A stretch of DNA of 64,000 nt from Azospirillum sp. (GCA_027483805.1 JAIXTS010000109.1:6474-70473); one strand, 5' to 3'. Shown: positions 26,819 through 38,171, counted from the first letter of the stretch. The notes: generated by a model from the letters alone, not told the origin. Numbers and translations: made by a program.

Positions 26819-28843
26819 TCACACCGCCGACAGGTGCAGCCCGTCCAGACGGTGCGACAGGGCCTGTTTCGCCTGGACATCCTGGTCGAAGCGGACTGAG
26901 CAGCCGCCGGTCTCCACCGCCACGATGGTGAAGGCGATCGGGGCGGGCAGCTGTCGCCACTCCAGGTGCCCCGTCAGACCCACCGCAGCCCCCTGCAGGC
27001 CGATAAAGGCGCCGCCGCCGGAGATATTGTGCAGCGCGGCCTCCACGGCACGGCCCCGGATCTGGACCGTGACGCTCTGCCCCACCTGATAGCGGCGGCT
27101 GGACCGGCGGTCCACGTCGGAAATGGCGGTGCGGACCACGCGGACCAGGGTCTGGCGCAGGGCATTGACCCCATCGGTGACATGGGTCGACACCTCGCGC
27201 AGCAGCACTGCCTTCTCACCCGTCCCATGCGCTTCCTCGGACACCAGGGCGATGCGGCGGGAGACCTCGCGGTTGGCATTGGCCGTTTCCGAGACGTTGC
27301 GCGCGATCTCCTTGGTCGCGGCGGATTGTTCCTCCATCGCGGCGGCAATGGTGGAGGAGATATGGTCCATATCGTTGATGGCGCCGCTGATCGAGGCGAC
27401 GGCGTCAACGGCGGCGGCGGTGGCCGACTGGATTTCGCTGATCTTGCGCGTGATATCCTCGGTCGACCGGCTGGTCTGGGTCGCCAGATTCTTCACCTCC
27501 GACGCGACCACAGCAAAACCCTTGCCCGCCTCGCCAGCCCGCGCCGCCTCGATGGTGGCATTCAAGGCCAACAGGTTGGTCTGGCCAGCAATATCACCGA
27601 TCAGGTTGGCGACCTCGCCGATCTGGCCCACCACCTCGCGCAGGCTCTCGATGGTCTCGCGGGTACGCTCCCCGCCCTCCACCGCCTTGCGGCTGACGGT
27701 CATGGCGTGGGCGACCTGGGCGCTGATCTCCTGGATGGAGGCGGTCAGTTCCTCGGTGGCGCTGGCGACGGCCTCGGCATTGGCCAGCGCCTGTTCGGCG
27801 GCGGCGGCGACATTCTGGGCATTGTCGCTGACCTGGGCCGCCGACTGCTCCATGGCGGCGGCAGTCTTGTCCATGATCACAGCCTCGGCGGCGACATTGT
27901 CGACCGATACGCGGCTTTCGGTTTCCACCGTCTCGGCCATGCTGGTCAGGGCGCTCACCCGCTCTTCCCGGGCGCGGGCCTCGGCCTTGGCCTGCTCTTC
28001 CCGCAGCCGCACATTGTCGGCGGTCCGTTCATGCAGGATGCCCAGGGCGCGGGACATGTCGGCGATCTCGTCTTTGCGGTCACCCGCGGCCGGCACCTTG
28101 ACCGACAGGTTGCCGTCACCGATAGCGGTCAGCGTTTCCGTGATGCCGATCAGCGGCTTCACCACATGGAGGTTCAGCGCAACCATGATGATCCCCGACA
28201 GGGCCACGCCCAGGATCAGCAGCAGCAGCGACAGATCGGCAAGGTCGTCGGCCACATTCACGGCACTGTTCAACTCGCCATGCATGCTTTTGACGGACTT
28301 TTCCGCCAGGCTGTCGACCTCGGTGACCACCGTCTCCAGCGCGGCGGATAAAGCCTCGGTCTTGCTGTCCAGGTCGCCCATCAGCCTGTTGCCGGCAGTC
28401 GTCCCATCCTTGATATAGGCCTGGGCCATTTTCAGGCCCAGATCGTAGAACGGGTCCAGGGTCTGGCCCACCTTGTCGATCTGCGCCACCAGCTTGGTCT
28501 GGCCCATGGTACGGGCGATGTCGGCTGCCTTCTTCAGATTGGCACGGGCGCCATCACGGGCCTTCTCAGCCTCGGCAAACCCGTCATCCAGCCCGTCCTG
28601 CGCGCGTGTCGCCGACACATCGGTCAGCCATTGCTGGATCTGGACCAGGTTCAGGTTCAGCAGGCGCACCGTGGACGTCAGATCCAGCGCCTGGACCGCC
28701 GCCATATCCGCCGCCTGGTTGGCCGCGGCGATCTGCTTTTGCTGCCGCCCGGCCCCCAGCAGCATCAGCACCGTCGCCACCGCCAGCAGCAGCAATACCA
28801 GCAGGTTGGAGAGCATGATCTTTTGGCTGAGGCCGAAGCGCAT
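26819..28843 (-). CDS. Methyl-accepting chemotaxis protein with two TM segments, HAMP, MCP signalling domain and C-terminal PilZ
   Basis: [34 protein letters not shown]; C-terminal RRSSRR (RxxxR)…NISGGG (N/DxSxxG). Confidence 0.95.
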   Translation of the reverse strand: MRFGLSQKIMLSNLLVLLLLAVATVLMLLGAGRQQKQIAAANQAADMAAVQALDLTSTVRLLNLNLVQIQQWLTDVSATRAQDGLDDGFAEAEKARDGARANLKKAADIARTMGQTKLVAQIDKVGQTLDPFYDLGLKMAQAYIKDGTTAGNRLMGDLDSKTEALSAALETVVTEVDSLAEKSVKSMHGELNSAVNVADDLADLSLLLLILGVALSGIIMVALNLHVVKPLIGITETLTAIGDGNLSVKVPAAGDRKDEIADMSRALGILHERTADNVRLREEQAKAEARAREERVSALTSMAETVETESRVSVDNVAAEAVIMDKTAAAMEQSAAQVSDNAQNVAAAAEQALANAEAVASATEELTASIQEISAQVAHAMTVSRKAVEGGERTRETIESLREVVGQIGEVANLIGDIAGQTNLLALNATIEAARAGEAGKGFAVVASEVKNLATQTSRSTEDITRKISEIQSATAAAVDAVASISGAINDMDHISSTIAAAMEEQSAATKEIARNVSETANANREVSRRIALVSEEAHGTGEKAVLLREVSTHVTDGVNALRQTLVRVVRTAISDVDRRSSRRYQVGQSVTVQIRGRAVEAALHNISGGGAFIGLQGAAVGLTGHLEWRQLPAPIAFTIVAVETGGCSVRFDQDVQAKQALSHRLDGLHLSAV

Positions 28844-28982
28844 GACGCAATAACCAGATAGTCAAAGTACGGGGCGGTCAGACACAGACATGCCCAACCT
28901 TTATGCAGACAACTACCACTTGGCGGGGACGAGGCGTACCTATCCGCGCGCATACTGCCGGTGCCTGGGTTCCTGCGGCCGG

Positions 28983-31562
28983 TCACCCCACCAGGGGCAG
29001 CCCCACCACCACGCAATCCCGCTCCCGCGGGGCACAGAACAGGTTCAACGTGCCGACAGCCCCAAAGAAGTCCCGGGTCTCGCCCCGGAAATTGCCGGGA
29101 TTGAACAGGCGCGGCCGGTGTGACCACAGCCGGTATCCCAGGCCCTGGAGCATGGATATCAGCTCGGCTTCCCGCTCCGGCCGGTCGTTGCGCAGATAAA
29201 GATAGGGCCGGCAGCGATCAATGGTCGCAGCCGCCCCACGCAGCAGTTCCACCTCCCGCCCGTCGATCGCGGCCTTGATCAGGCGGACCTGCGGCAGGGA
29301 AAGGGCATCAATGGCCAGGCCATCCCCCGCATGCAGGATCGCCGATCCGTCAGTATTGGCCGACAGATTGACGGCCAACAGCTCGCGCAGCGCCGGCTGG
29401 CCCTCGAACAGATGCAGTTTGACCGACTTGGCCATCGGCACGGCATGGGTACCGACATTGGCCCCGGCCTCGACCACCACATCGCCGGTGCGCAGCAGAC
29501 TGAGGCACAGACCCAGTTCCGCCTCCATCCACTCGCCATAGGCTTCCAGGCTGCGGCCAATCACCGGGTCCTGGGCGGGATAACGCAGGGCCCCGTACCG
29601 GGTGGCGGTTTCCCGCACCATCTCGCTGACCTGCCGGTGTGCCGTGGCAACCGCCAGCATGACCTGGGGGCGTTCGGCCGGCAGCGGCGGCCGCGGCACC
29701 GGCGGGAACGGTGCCGCCGGGACAGGGGCGGGCGGGGGGGGTGGGATCAGCCGTGACCGGTCGCCATTTTTGAGAGCCGCCACCTCGGTAGCCAGCCGCT
29801 CGAACACCACCGGCCAATCACCCGGCTGGCGCTGGCGGAACAGGCGCATATTGCGGGGATACCAGGGGCTGTCCTCCCGCTCCATCAACCAGCGCCAGTC
29901 GGGCGACAGTTTCAGCGGCACCCAGACAGGCCGGCCCAGCGCGCCCGCCAGATGCGCCACCGACGTGTCGGAGGAGATGATCAGGTCCATATGCTGCATG
30001 ACGGCAGCCGTGTCCAGGAACGCGTCCGCGCCCGCGTCGAAATCGGGACCCAGCGTTTCGACCCGCATGCCGTCGGGCAGGCTGTCCAGCTGGTCCAGAC
30101 CATAGCCCTTTTGCAGGCTGACCAGCGTCACGCCGGGGATGCGGGCGACGGGGGCCAGGTGAGCCAGACCATAGGAACGGCCCCGGTCGATACTCACCCC
30201 GGCCTTGCCCTGCCAGACGATACCGATGCGGAACGCGCCTGCGGGCAGCCGGTCCCGCCACTTCTCCACCCGCTCCGGATCGGCAGACAGATAGGGGATG
30301 GCGGCGGGGATTGTACCCAGCGTCACGCCCAGGACAAACGGCACACTCATGATGGCCAGATGCACATCAAAGGGCGGCAGCGGCTCCCCATAGGTGGCGA
30401 GCGTCACGCCTTTGATCTGCTCCAGGCAGGCATAAAGGGCCCGCAGATTGGGAGGCACTTCCAGGATGACCTGACCGGCCCGCGCCGCCACATCGGCCGC
30501 GAAGCGCACGAACTGGATACTGTCACCCAGACCCTGTTCATGATGCAGCAGGATGGTCTTTGTCGAGATATCCTCGCCCCGCCATTCCGGCTGGCCGAAA
30601 TCACGCAGCGGCACCGGCAGGTTGGGGCGCAGCCAGCGCCATTCAAAATGCGCCCAGCCTTCTTCCAGCTTACCGGCAACCAGGAACAGGCCCGCCGCGG
30701 TGCCATGGATCGTGGGGCTGTCCGCATGATGCGCCAAGGCGCGGCGCAGCACCTGCTCGGCCTCCGCCGGACGACCCATGTTCATATAGGTATTGGCCAG
30801 ATTGTTCAGGCCATCGCGGTGTGTGGGGGCGATGTTGACCGCTTCGCGGAAGCAGTGCTCGGCCCCCACCAGATCATTGCGCACGTCGTACAGGGCACTG
30901 CCCAGGTTGACCAGCGCCTCCGGCAGGTCGGGCCGGCGGCGGGCCGCCTCCTGCAGAAGAGTGATCGCCTCCTCTCCCCGGCCACGCCGCGACAGCTGGT
31001 TGCCCAGATTGACCATGGCCTCCACCATATCGGGATGGTGGCGCAGGGCATCTTCATAGGCCTTGATGCCCTCATCGGTGCGGCCCGTGTCGCACAGGAT
31101 GTTGGCAAGGTTGAACAGGGCCAGGCCCAGGCCGGGATGGTCCTTCAGGACCAGACGGTAATTCTCCTCGGCCCGGACGGCGTCACCGGCCATATAATAG
31201 GCATTGGCCAGGAAGCAGCGAATCTCGGCCGATTGCGGCCGCAGGGACAGCGCCCTCTGATAGGCGGCAGCCGCTTCTGCGGCGCGGCCCAGCGCCAGCA
31301 GGGAATTGCCATGATTGACCATTGCATCGGTATCGTTGGGCGCATGGCCCAGCCAGCGGGCGATGATGGCTTCCGCCTCGGCATGCCTGCCCAGCTGCTG
31401 CAAGGCAATGCCCAGCGGATGCAAGGCATCATGCAGGGTGGGATTGCGGGCCAGCAACGCCCGGTACCGGGTTTCGGCCTCCGCGACCTTGCCGGCAATA
31501 TGAACCTGCTTGGCAGCGTTCAGTTCCGCCAGCACCTTTTGATTGACGCCCGCCTTCTGCAC
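28983..31562 (-). CDS. TPR-repeat, GT9-like glycosyltransferase and degenerate FkbM methyltransferase fusion
   Basis: N-terminal TPRs; EQGLGDSIQFVRF, IGIVWQG, SLQKG, SSDTSVAHLAGALG; C-terminal GRSLEAYGEW…GANVG. Confidence 0.88.
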   Translation of the reverse strand: MQKAGVNQKVLAELNAAKQVHIAGKVAEAETRYRALLARNPTLHDALHPLGIALQQLGRHAEAEAIIARWLGHAPNDTDAMVNHGNSLLALGRAAEAAAAYQRALSLRPQSAEIRCFLANAYYMAGDAVRAEENYRLVLKDHPGLGLALFNLANILCDTGRTDEGIKAYEDALRHHPDMVEAMVNLGNQLSRRGRGEEAITLLQEAARRRPDLPEALVNLGSALYDVRNDLVGAEHCFREAVNIAPTHRDGLNNLANTYMNMGRPAEAEQVLRRALAHHADSPTIHGTAAGLFLVAGKLEEGWAHFEWRWLRPNLPVPLRDFGQPEWRGEDISTKTILLHHEQGLGDSIQFVRFAADVAARAGQVILEVPPNLRALYACLEQIKGVTLATYGEPLPPFDVHLAIMSVPFVLGVTLGTIPAAIPYLSADPERVEKWRDRLPAGAFRIGIVWQGKAGVSIDRGRSYGLAHLAPVARIPGVTLVSLQKGYGLDQLDSLPDGMRVETLGPDFDAGADAFLDTAAVMQHMDLIISSDTSVAHLAGALGRPVWVPLKLSPDWRWLMEREDSPWYPRNMRLFRQRQPGDWPVVFERLATEVAALKNGDRSRLIPPPPPAPVPAAPFPPVPRPPLPAERPQVMLAVATAHRQVSEMVRETATRYGALRYPAQDPVIGRSLEAYGEWMEAELGLCLSLLRTGDVVVEAGANVGTHAVPMAKSVKLHLFEGQPALRELLAVNLSANTDGSAILHAGDGLAIDALSLPQVRLIKAAIDGREVELLRGAAATIDRCRPYLYLRNDRPEREAELISMLQGLGYRLWSHRPRLFNPGNFRGETRDFFGAVGTLNLFCAPRERDCVVVGLPLVG

Positions 31563-31650
31563 CGTTTCATCCCCCGCCAGCGTGCCACGCCCAGAAGATG
31601 TAGCGTTGGGGCGGACCGTTAATCAACGGAATCCCAATCGTGGCCGGCAC

Positions 31651-32055
31651 TCAGCGCAAAGCATTGCTGATCAGATAGGTGGCGTAGTCGGCAACCTTCA
31701 GCTTAAGACCGGCACGTTCGCTTTCGCCTTCCATGGCGCGGGCCAGCACGATATGGCGCTGCACATCGGCCTCGACCACCTTGAACAGGGCCATTTCGCC
31801 TTTGATGCGGGGGTAATAGGTCGGATCGACGCGTTTCTGCCGCTTGGACAGGCGTTCGACAATCTCCTCCTCCGTCACCTCGACATCGGCCTGCTTCTTG
31901 ACCAGGGTCCAATCCTTCTCACCCGCGAACCCTTCGGCCAGCAGCGGGGCGGGGTCTCCCTCACAGATGCCGACCTTGAACAGGTTCTTGCCCAGCCCGA
32001 CATCGGAGCCCCACTGGCTAAGGTTGGCGCTGCGCGCGACAAAGATCGTGGCCAT
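31651..32055 (-). CDS. Hypothetical protein (134 aa)
   Basis: ORF with protein-like composition and host-like codon usage; start placed at MATIFVARS. Confidence 0.75.
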   Translation of the reverse strand: MATIFVARSANLSQWGSDVGLGKNLFKVGICEGDPAPLLAEGFAGEKDWTLVKKQADVEVTEEEIVERLSKRQKRVDPTYYPRIKGEMALFKVVEADVQRHIVLARAMEGESERAGLKLKVADYATYLISNALR

Positions 32056-32383
32056 TGATTCGGGTCCTTCAGAGAGACACTTCCCCTCAACCGGGGCTCT
32101 TGCCTTCCCGACGTAACGCATGGGTCGGCCGCTGAAAAGAGGCAAAGAGCGGCCGGAGACAAGATCGTCCACTTGTTGGGCGACAGGCGATTACATCCTG
32201 GGCAGACACCGCCTTGAAAAGCAGCAACCCTTGGAATGTCGACAAAAGCCCCGCTATCCAAAAGTATATCGTATAACTTTTCAGCCATTCTTCGGTAAAA
32301 ATTGCCTGCCCGTCAGTGATAACTTGTCGTCAACCATCGGTGCCGTGCCGCACCCAATAAACTGCAATCCCAATTCATGAACC

Positions 32384-33520
32384 GTGGCCCCCATGCAAAA
32401 GCAACTGACCTTGGCAATGGCTGAGTATCCCGGCAATGGGGCTGACCTGGAAGCGTCGCCCGAGACGATCATCGAACTGGCGCGGGAGGTGGCGGAAGTA
32501 TCTGCGATGCGTACCAGCGCCATCGGCGATATCACGCGCCGCACCAAGATCCTGGCGCTGAACGCCAAGATCGAGGCGGCGCGCGCCGGCATCCATGGCG
32601 CCGGTTTCGGCGTCGTTGCGGCAGAGGTGCAGACCATCTCCTCGGAAATCGACGTCGCGGCCAGCCGCATGCGCGATGAAATCGTCGGCAGCGCCAACCG
32701 TCTGCATCAATTGGGCCAGGGGCTGGTCGGTTCCATGCGCGGCCAGCGTCTGGCCGATCTGGCGCTGAACATGATCGATATCATTGATCGCAATCTCTAT
32801 GAACGGTCCTGCGATGTAAGATGGTGGGCCACCGACAGCGCCGTGGTCGATGCGCTGGAACACCCGGATGCCGGCCGCGCCCGCCATGCCGGGCAGCGCC
32901 TGGGCGTCATCCTGAAATCCTACACGGTCTATCTGGATATCTGGGTGGCCGACGCGCAGGGCAAGGTCATCGCCAGTGGCCGGGCGGACCGGTATCCTGT
33001 GACAGGCCGATCGGTCGCCCATGAAAGCTGGTTCCGCGACGCCATGGCGACGCGTGACGGCACGGAATTCGCGGTGGCCGACGTGGCCCCGCATGAGGCG
33101 CTGAATAACCAGCCGGTCGCCGTCTACGCCACTGCCATCCGGGCCGGGGGCGCGGAGAATGGCAAGCCGTTGGGCGTGCTGGGCATTTTCTTCGATTGGG
33201 CACCGCAGGCCGGCACGGTGGTGAAATCGGTCCGGCTGACGGAGGAAGAGCGGCTGGAAAGCCGGACCAAATGTCTGATCGTGGACAGCAATTTCCGGGT
33301 CATGGCCGCCAGCGACGAACGCTACCTGCTGATCGGCCGTTACCCGCTGCAAACAGGCGGCAAGGACATGGGCTACTACCAGGCCGAGGATGGAACCCTG
33401 GTCGCTTTTGCCCTAACCCCCGGCTACGAAACCTATAAGGGCCTAGGCTGGTACGGGCTGATCCTGCAACGCCCCCCGGAGGTAGAGGCCGCCTGGAACG
33501 CCAGACATGGCAATGCCTGA
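32384..33520 (+). CDS. Soluble chemoreceptor-like protein: N-terminal truncated MCP signalling hairpin and C-terminal Cache-like domain
   Basis: TKILALNAKIEAARAG…GFGVVAAEV; then LYERSCDVRWWATD…YLDIWVADAQGKVIAS…WF…; no TM segment visible. Confidence 0.85.
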   Translation: MAPMQKQLTLAMAEYPGNGADLEASPETIIELAREVAEVSAMRTSAIGDITRRTKILALNAKIEAARAGIHGAGFGVVAAEVQTISSEIDVAASRMRDEIVGSANRLHQLGQGLVGSMRGQRLADLALNMIDIIDRNLYERSCDVRWWATDSAVVDALEHPDAGRARHAGQRLGVILKSYTVYLDIWVADAQGKVIASGRADRYPVTGRSVAHESWFRDAMATRDGTEFAVADVAPHEALNNQPVAVYATAIRAGGAENGKPLGVLGIFFDWAPQAGTVVKSVRLTEEERLESRTKCLIVDSNFRVMAASDERYLLIGRYPLQTGGKDMGYYQAEDGTLVAFALTPGYETYKGLGWYGLILQRPPEVEAAWNARHGNA

Positions 33521-33565
33521 CCATCCGGGTTACCGTTTTTAAGCTTGGCATCTGCCATGCGCGCG

Positions 33566-34600
33566 GTGGATAGAATGGAGGCCCCGCCATTCTATCCCTG
33601 GGCCATGATGTCTGTTGCCGCCGACCAAACGCCCTTGACCTGGATCGTCATCCTGAACTGGAACGGGGCGGAGGATACGATCGGCTGCCTTGATGCGGTG
33701 CGCAACCTGACGGGTGCGCGCTGGCGGCTGGCCATCTGCGACAATGCTTCGGGCGACGATTCGCTGTCCCGCCTGCGCCCGGCCCTGCACGAACGCTTCG
33801 GCGACAGCTTTGTGGAGCTGACAGAGACGGAGGTCGCGGACGCCGCGACCGACCATGACATTTACCTGATCCGCAATGCTGGCAATCACGGCTATGCCGG
33901 CGGCAACAATGTCGGGGTGCGGCTGGCGCTGCGTGATCCGGCCATGGCCTTTACCTGGATTCTGAACAATGACACGCTGCCGCAGCCGGCCGCCCTGTCG
34001 GCGCTTTTGGCCCAGGCGGCGGCCCATCCGCGTCAGGGCATGATTGGTTCCACTCTGCTCTACGCCCATCAGCCCGACCGGATCCAGGGCGCCGGCGGTG
34101 CCCGCTATAACCGCTGGACCGGTATGGTCCAGCATCTGGGCTGGAATCGACCCCGGGAGGAAGCGGCTTCCTTCGCTGCTATGCCCATGGACTATGTGAT
34201 CGGCGCCGCCATGTTCATCCGCCGGGCCTGGCTGGAACAGGTCGGCCTGATGGATGACAGCTTTTTCCTCTATTTTGAGGAACTCGATTATTGCCGACGC
34301 GGGCGCCATCTGTTCGACCTGGGCTATGCGCCGGACAGTCTGGTTCTGCATAAGGAGGGGGGGACCACGGGCGGCCATCGCGACCAGATCAGTTGGCTGG
34401 CGGATTTCTATAATCTGCGCAACCGGCTGCGGATCACCTGGCGGCATTTCCCCTATGCCATGCCCACCATCCTGGTCGGCCTCTGTATGACGGCACTGAA
34501 CCGCCTGCGCCGGGGCCAGGCGGACCGGCTGCCCATGCTCTGGAACATCGCCAGGCGCTTCCGCAGCATCCGGTTCGAGGATGTACGGAGGCCGGGTTGA
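33566..34600 (+). CDS. Glycosyltransferase family 2 (rhamnosyltransferase-like)
   Basis: IVILNWNG, CDNAS, GYAGGNN, ILNNDT, GAAMFIR, FFLYFEELD; start uncertain (ORF from 33545). Confidence 0.9.
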   Translation: MDRMEAPPFYPWAMMSVAADQTPLTWIVILNWNGAEDTIGCLDAVRNLTGARWRLAICDNASGDDSLSRLRPALHERFGDSFVELTETEVADAATDHDIYLIRNAGNHGYAGGNNVGVRLALRDPAMAFTWILNNDTLPQPAALSALLAQAAAHPRQGMIGSTLLYAHQPDRIQGAGGARYNRWTGMVQHLGWNRPREEAASFAAMPMDYVIGAAMFIRRAWLEQVGLMDDSFFLYFEELDYCRRGRHLFDLGYAPDSLVLHKEGGTTGGHRDQISWLADFYNLRNRLRITWRHFPYAMPTILVGLCMTALNRLRRGQADRLPMLWNIARRFRSIRFEDVRRPG

Positions 34601-34733
34601 GGCCTTTTGTTGCCTGCCCCGGCCGGACAGTGCATAAAGCCGCCAGTCCCAATTCCGTACCCTGGGGCGAAGGGGCGGAACGGGGCGACGTCATTGCCGT
34701 TCCTGTCATCCCCCTTCGCCGGATAGAACCCTC

Positions 34734-35288
34734 ATGCAAGTGACCAGATACGATATCGACGGCCTCGCCCTGCTGAAGCCGGCCCGGTTCGGTGACCATC
34801 GCGGTTATTTCAGCGAAACCTACAGCCGCCGCCGCTTCAAGGATCTGCTGGGCGTCGATGTGGATTTTGTGCAGGACAACCACTCCTTGTCGCGGGATGT
34901 CGGCACCCTGCGGGGCCTGCATTTCCAGCGCCCGCCCACTGCCCAGGGCAAACTGGTGCGTGTCGTGCGCGGCGCGGTTCTGGATGTGGCCGTCGACATG
35001 CGTCACGGTTCCGCCACCTTCGGCCGCCATATCGCTGTGGAACTGACGGCGGATGGCGGTGAACAATTGTGGATTCCGGCGGGTTTTGCCCACGCTTTCT
35101 GTACCCTGGCCCCGGATACGGAGTTTGTTTACAAGGTGACCGACTATTACAGCCCCGCTGATGATGGCGGCATCTTCTGGAACGACCCCGACCTGGGGAT
35201 CGCATGGCCCTTCCCGGCGGAAGAGCTGATCCTGTCCGACAAGGACAGCAAATTGCCGCGCCTGCGCGACCTGCCGCCGATTTTCTGA
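34734..35288 (+). CDS. rmlC: dTDP-4-dehydrorhamnose 3,5-epimerase
   Basis: [35 protein letters not shown]. Confidence 0.97.
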   Translation: MQVTRYDIDGLALLKPARFGDHRGYFSETYSRRRFKDLLGVDVDFVQDNHSLSRDVGTLRGLHFQRPPTAQGKLVRVVRGAVLDVAVDMRHGSATFGRHIAVELTADGGEQLWIPAGFAHAFCTLAPDTEFVYKVTDYYSPADDGGIFWNDPDLGIAWPFPAEELILSDKDSKLPRLRDLPPIF

Positions 35289-35311
35289 ACCCCGCTGACA
35301 AGAGTTCTGGA

Positions 35312-36382
35312 ATGACCCTTCTTTCCCCCAAACTGATCCTTGTCACCGGGGGCGCCGGCTTTATCGGCTCCGCCTTCATCCGTCATGCGGTGGCCGAACA
35401 GGGCTGTGCCGTCGTCAATATCGACAAGCTGACCTATGCCGCGAACCCGGAGAATGTCCGGGTGGTGAAGGACAGCCCGCTTTATCATTTCGAGCAGGCG
35501 GATATCTGCGAGCGCCCCGCCATCGACGCGATCTTCGCGAAATACCAGCCGGATGCCATCATCCATCTGGCCGCCGAAAGCCATGTGGACCGGTCCATCG
35601 ACGGGCCTGACGCCTTCATCCAGACCAATATCGTGGGGACGGGCGTGCTGCTGTCGGCGGCGCGTGACTATTGGCAGGGTCTGGCCGGGCAGAAGCAGGC
35701 GGATTTCCGCTTTCACCATGTCTCAACGGACGAGGTATTCGGCAGCCTGGGGGATGAAGGTTTCTTCACCGAAACCACGCCCTACGCGCCGCGCTCGCCT
35801 TATTCGGCGTCCAAGGCCTCCAGCGACCATCTGGTCGATGCCTGGCACCATACCTATGGGCTGCCCGTCGTCCTGACCAACTGTTCCAACAATTACGGGC
35901 CCTTCCATTTCCCGGAAAAGCTGATCCCGCTGGTCATCCTGAACGCGCTGGAACGCCGCCCCCTGCCTGTTTACGGCAAGGGCGACAATGTGCGCGACTG
36001 GCTGTATGTCGAAGACCACGCCCGCGCTTTGTGGGAAGTGCTGACGCGTGGCCCGGTGGGTGAGCGGTTCAATATCGGCGGCAATAACGAAAAGACCAAC
36101 CTGGAGGTCGTGGAGCGTATCTGCGACATCCTGGATGCGCTGCGTCCCGACGGAACCCCGCGCCGTGACCTGATCACCTTCGTGAAGGACCGGCCCGGCC
36201 ACGACCACCGCTATGCCATCGATGCCGCCAAGATCCGGCGTGACCTGGGCTGGGAGCCGAAAGAAAGCTTCGAGACCGGCCTGGAAAAGACGGTTCGCTG
36301 GTACCTGGATAATGAATGGTGGTGGGGCCCCTTGCGGGAAGAGGCTCACAAGCGTCGCGGAGAGGGGAAGAAGAATGGCTAA
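35312..36382 (+). CDS. rmlB: dTDP-glucose 4,6-dehydratase
   Basis: [44 protein letters not shown]. Confidence 0.97.
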   Translation: MTLLSPKLILVTGGAGFIGSAFIRHAVAEQGCAVVNIDKLTYAANPENVRVVKDSPLYHFEQADICERPAIDAIFAKYQPDAIIHLAAESHVDRSIDGPDAFIQTNIVGTGVLLSAARDYWQGLAGQKQADFRFHHVSTDEVFGSLGDEGFFTETTPYAPRSPYSASKASSDHLVDAWHHTYGLPVVLTNCSNNYGPFHFPEKLIPLVILNALERRPLPVYGKGDNVRDWLYVEDHARALWEVLTRGPVGERFNIGGNNEKTNLEVVERICDILDALRPDGTPRRDLITFVKDRPGHDHRYAIDAAKIRRDLGWEPKESFETGLEKTVRWYLDNEWWWGPLREEAHKRRGEGKKNG

Positions 36383-37259
36383 CCGCAAGGGCATCATCCT
36401 GGCCGGCGGCTCCGGCACGCGGCTCTATCCCATCACCTTGGGCGTGTCGAAGCAGCTGCTGCCCGTCTATGACAAGCCGATGATCTATTACCCGCTGTCG
36501 GCCCTGATGATGGCGGGGATTACCGACATCCTGGTGATCAGTACCCCGCACGACCTGCCACAGTTCAGCCATCTGCTGGGTGACGGGTCGCAATGGGGGG
36601 TGAACCTCTCCTATGCGGTGCAGCCCAGCCCCGACGGGCTGGCCCAGGCCTTCATCATCGGTCGCGGCTTTGTCGGCAACGATCCGGCGGCCCTGGTGCT
36701 GGGCGACAACATCTTCTATGGCGACGGGTTCGAAAAGCTGCTGGCCAATGCCCATGGCCGTGACAATGGCGCCACCGTCTTCGCCTATCATGTCAATGAT
36801 CCTGAACGCTATGGCGTGGTCAGCTTCGATGGGGACGGCAATGCCCTGACCATTGAGGAAAAGCCCAAGGCGCCGAAGTCGAACTATGCCGTCACCGGCC
36901 TCTATTTCTACGACAATTCGGTGCTGGACATCGCGGCCACCATCAAGCCGTCGCCGCGCGGGGAGCTGGAGATCACTGACGTCAATAATGTCTATCTTCA
37001 GCAGAACAGGCTGCGGGTGGAGCGTATGGGCCGGGGCTATGCCTGGCTGGATACCGGCACGCATGACAGCTTGGTCGAGGCCACACATTTTGTGCAGACG
37101 GTGGAGCGTCGCCAGGGTCTGAAGATCGCCTGCCCGGAGGAAATCGCCTTCCGTCGCGGCCTGATCACCGCCGAGCAGGTGGAGAAACTGGCCAAGCCGC
37201 TGCTGAAGAACGAATATGGCCAGTATCTGATGAAGATCCTGGCGGAAGCCGGCGTCTGA
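36375..37259 (+). CDS. rmlA: Glucose-1-phosphate thymidylyltransferase
   Basis: [47 protein letters not shown]; overlaps the rmlB stop by 8 bp. Confidence 0.97.
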   Translation: MANRKGIILAGGSGTRLYPITLGVSKQLLPVYDKPMIYYPLSALMMAGITDILVISTPHDLPQFSHLLGDGSQWGVNLSYAVQPSPDGLAQAFIIGRGFVGNDPAALVLGDNIFYGDGFEKLLANAHGRDNGATVFAYHVNDPERYGVVSFDGDGNALTIEEKPKAPKSNYAVTGLYFYDNSVLDIAATIKPSPRGELEITDVNNVYLQQNRLRVERMGRGYAWLDTGTHDSLVEATHFVQTVERRQGLKIACPEEIAFRRGLITAEQVEKLAKPLLKNEYGQYLMKILAEAGV

Positions 37260-37287
37260 CCGCCGGCCGCAACAACGGAACAATGCG

Positions 37288-38166
37288 ATGAAGGTCCTGG
37301 TTTTTGGCCGTGGCGGCCAATTGGCACTGGCCATGCGCGATCAAGGTACCGGCGCTGGTCATGCGGTGGTCTGCCTGGGGCGGGAAAGCCTCTCCATCGC
37401 GGATGGCACGGCGGTGGCCGATGCCGTGCGCGCCCATGCCCCGGACCTGATCGTCAATGCTGCTGCCTATACCGCCGTGGACAAGGCGGAAAGCGACGCG
37501 GCGGAAGCCTACGCCGTCAATTGTGACGGCACGCGGCATATTGCGGCGGCGGCCCGCGACGCCGACATCCCGTTCATCCATGTATCCACCGACTATGTCT
37601 TCGCCGGCAATGGCGACCGGCCCTGGCGGGAGGATGACGCCACCGGCCCGCTGGGCGTCTATGGCGCGTCAAAACTGGCGGGCGAACAGGCAATGGCCGA
37701 CCTGGGTCCGGCCCGCAGCGCCGTGCTGCGCACCTCCTGGGTGTTCAGCCCCTACGGCGCCAACTTTGTCCGCACCATGCTGCGCCTGGGCGCCGACCGG
37801 CCCGAACTGCGGGTGGTGGCGGATCAGCTTGGGCGCCCCACGGCGGCCCATGACATTGCTGACGCCATCCTGCTGATGGCGCCCTTCGTGGCGGATGGAA
37901 GCGCCCGGGGCGTCTATCATTTCGGCGGCGCCGAACCCACGACCTGGCATGCTTTCGCGCAGGCCGTGTTCGTCAGCGCCGCCCGCCATGGACGCCCCGT
38001 GCCGACCGTGCATCCCATCGCCACGGCGGATTATCCCACCCCGGCCCGGCGTCCGGCCAATTCCGTGCTGGCCTGCGACCGGTACCTGGCGCTGCCCGGT
38101 GCCGTCCTGCCGGATTGGCGGATCGGGCTGGACAAGTCCGTCGATGCGCTGCTGACGGCGGGCTGA
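37288..38166 (+). CDS. rmlD: dTDP-4-dehydrorhamnose reductase
   Basis: GRGGQL, NAAAYTAVD, STDYVF, YGASK, DQLGRPT, RRPANS. Confidence 0.95.
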   Translation: MKVLVFGRGGQLALAMRDQGTGAGHAVVCLGRESLSIADGTAVADAVRAHAPDLIVNAAAYTAVDKAESDAAEAYAVNCDGTRHIAAAARDADIPFIHVSTDYVFAGNGDRPWREDDATGPLGVYGASKLAGEQAMADLGPARSAVLRTSWVFSPYGANFVRTMLRLGADRPELRVVADQLGRPTAAHDIADAILLMAPFVADGSARGVYHFGGAEPTTWHAFAQAVFVSAARHGRPVPTVHPIATADYPTPARRPANSVLACDRYLALPGAVLPDWRIGLDKSVDALLTAG

Positions 38167-38171
38167 CCCCC

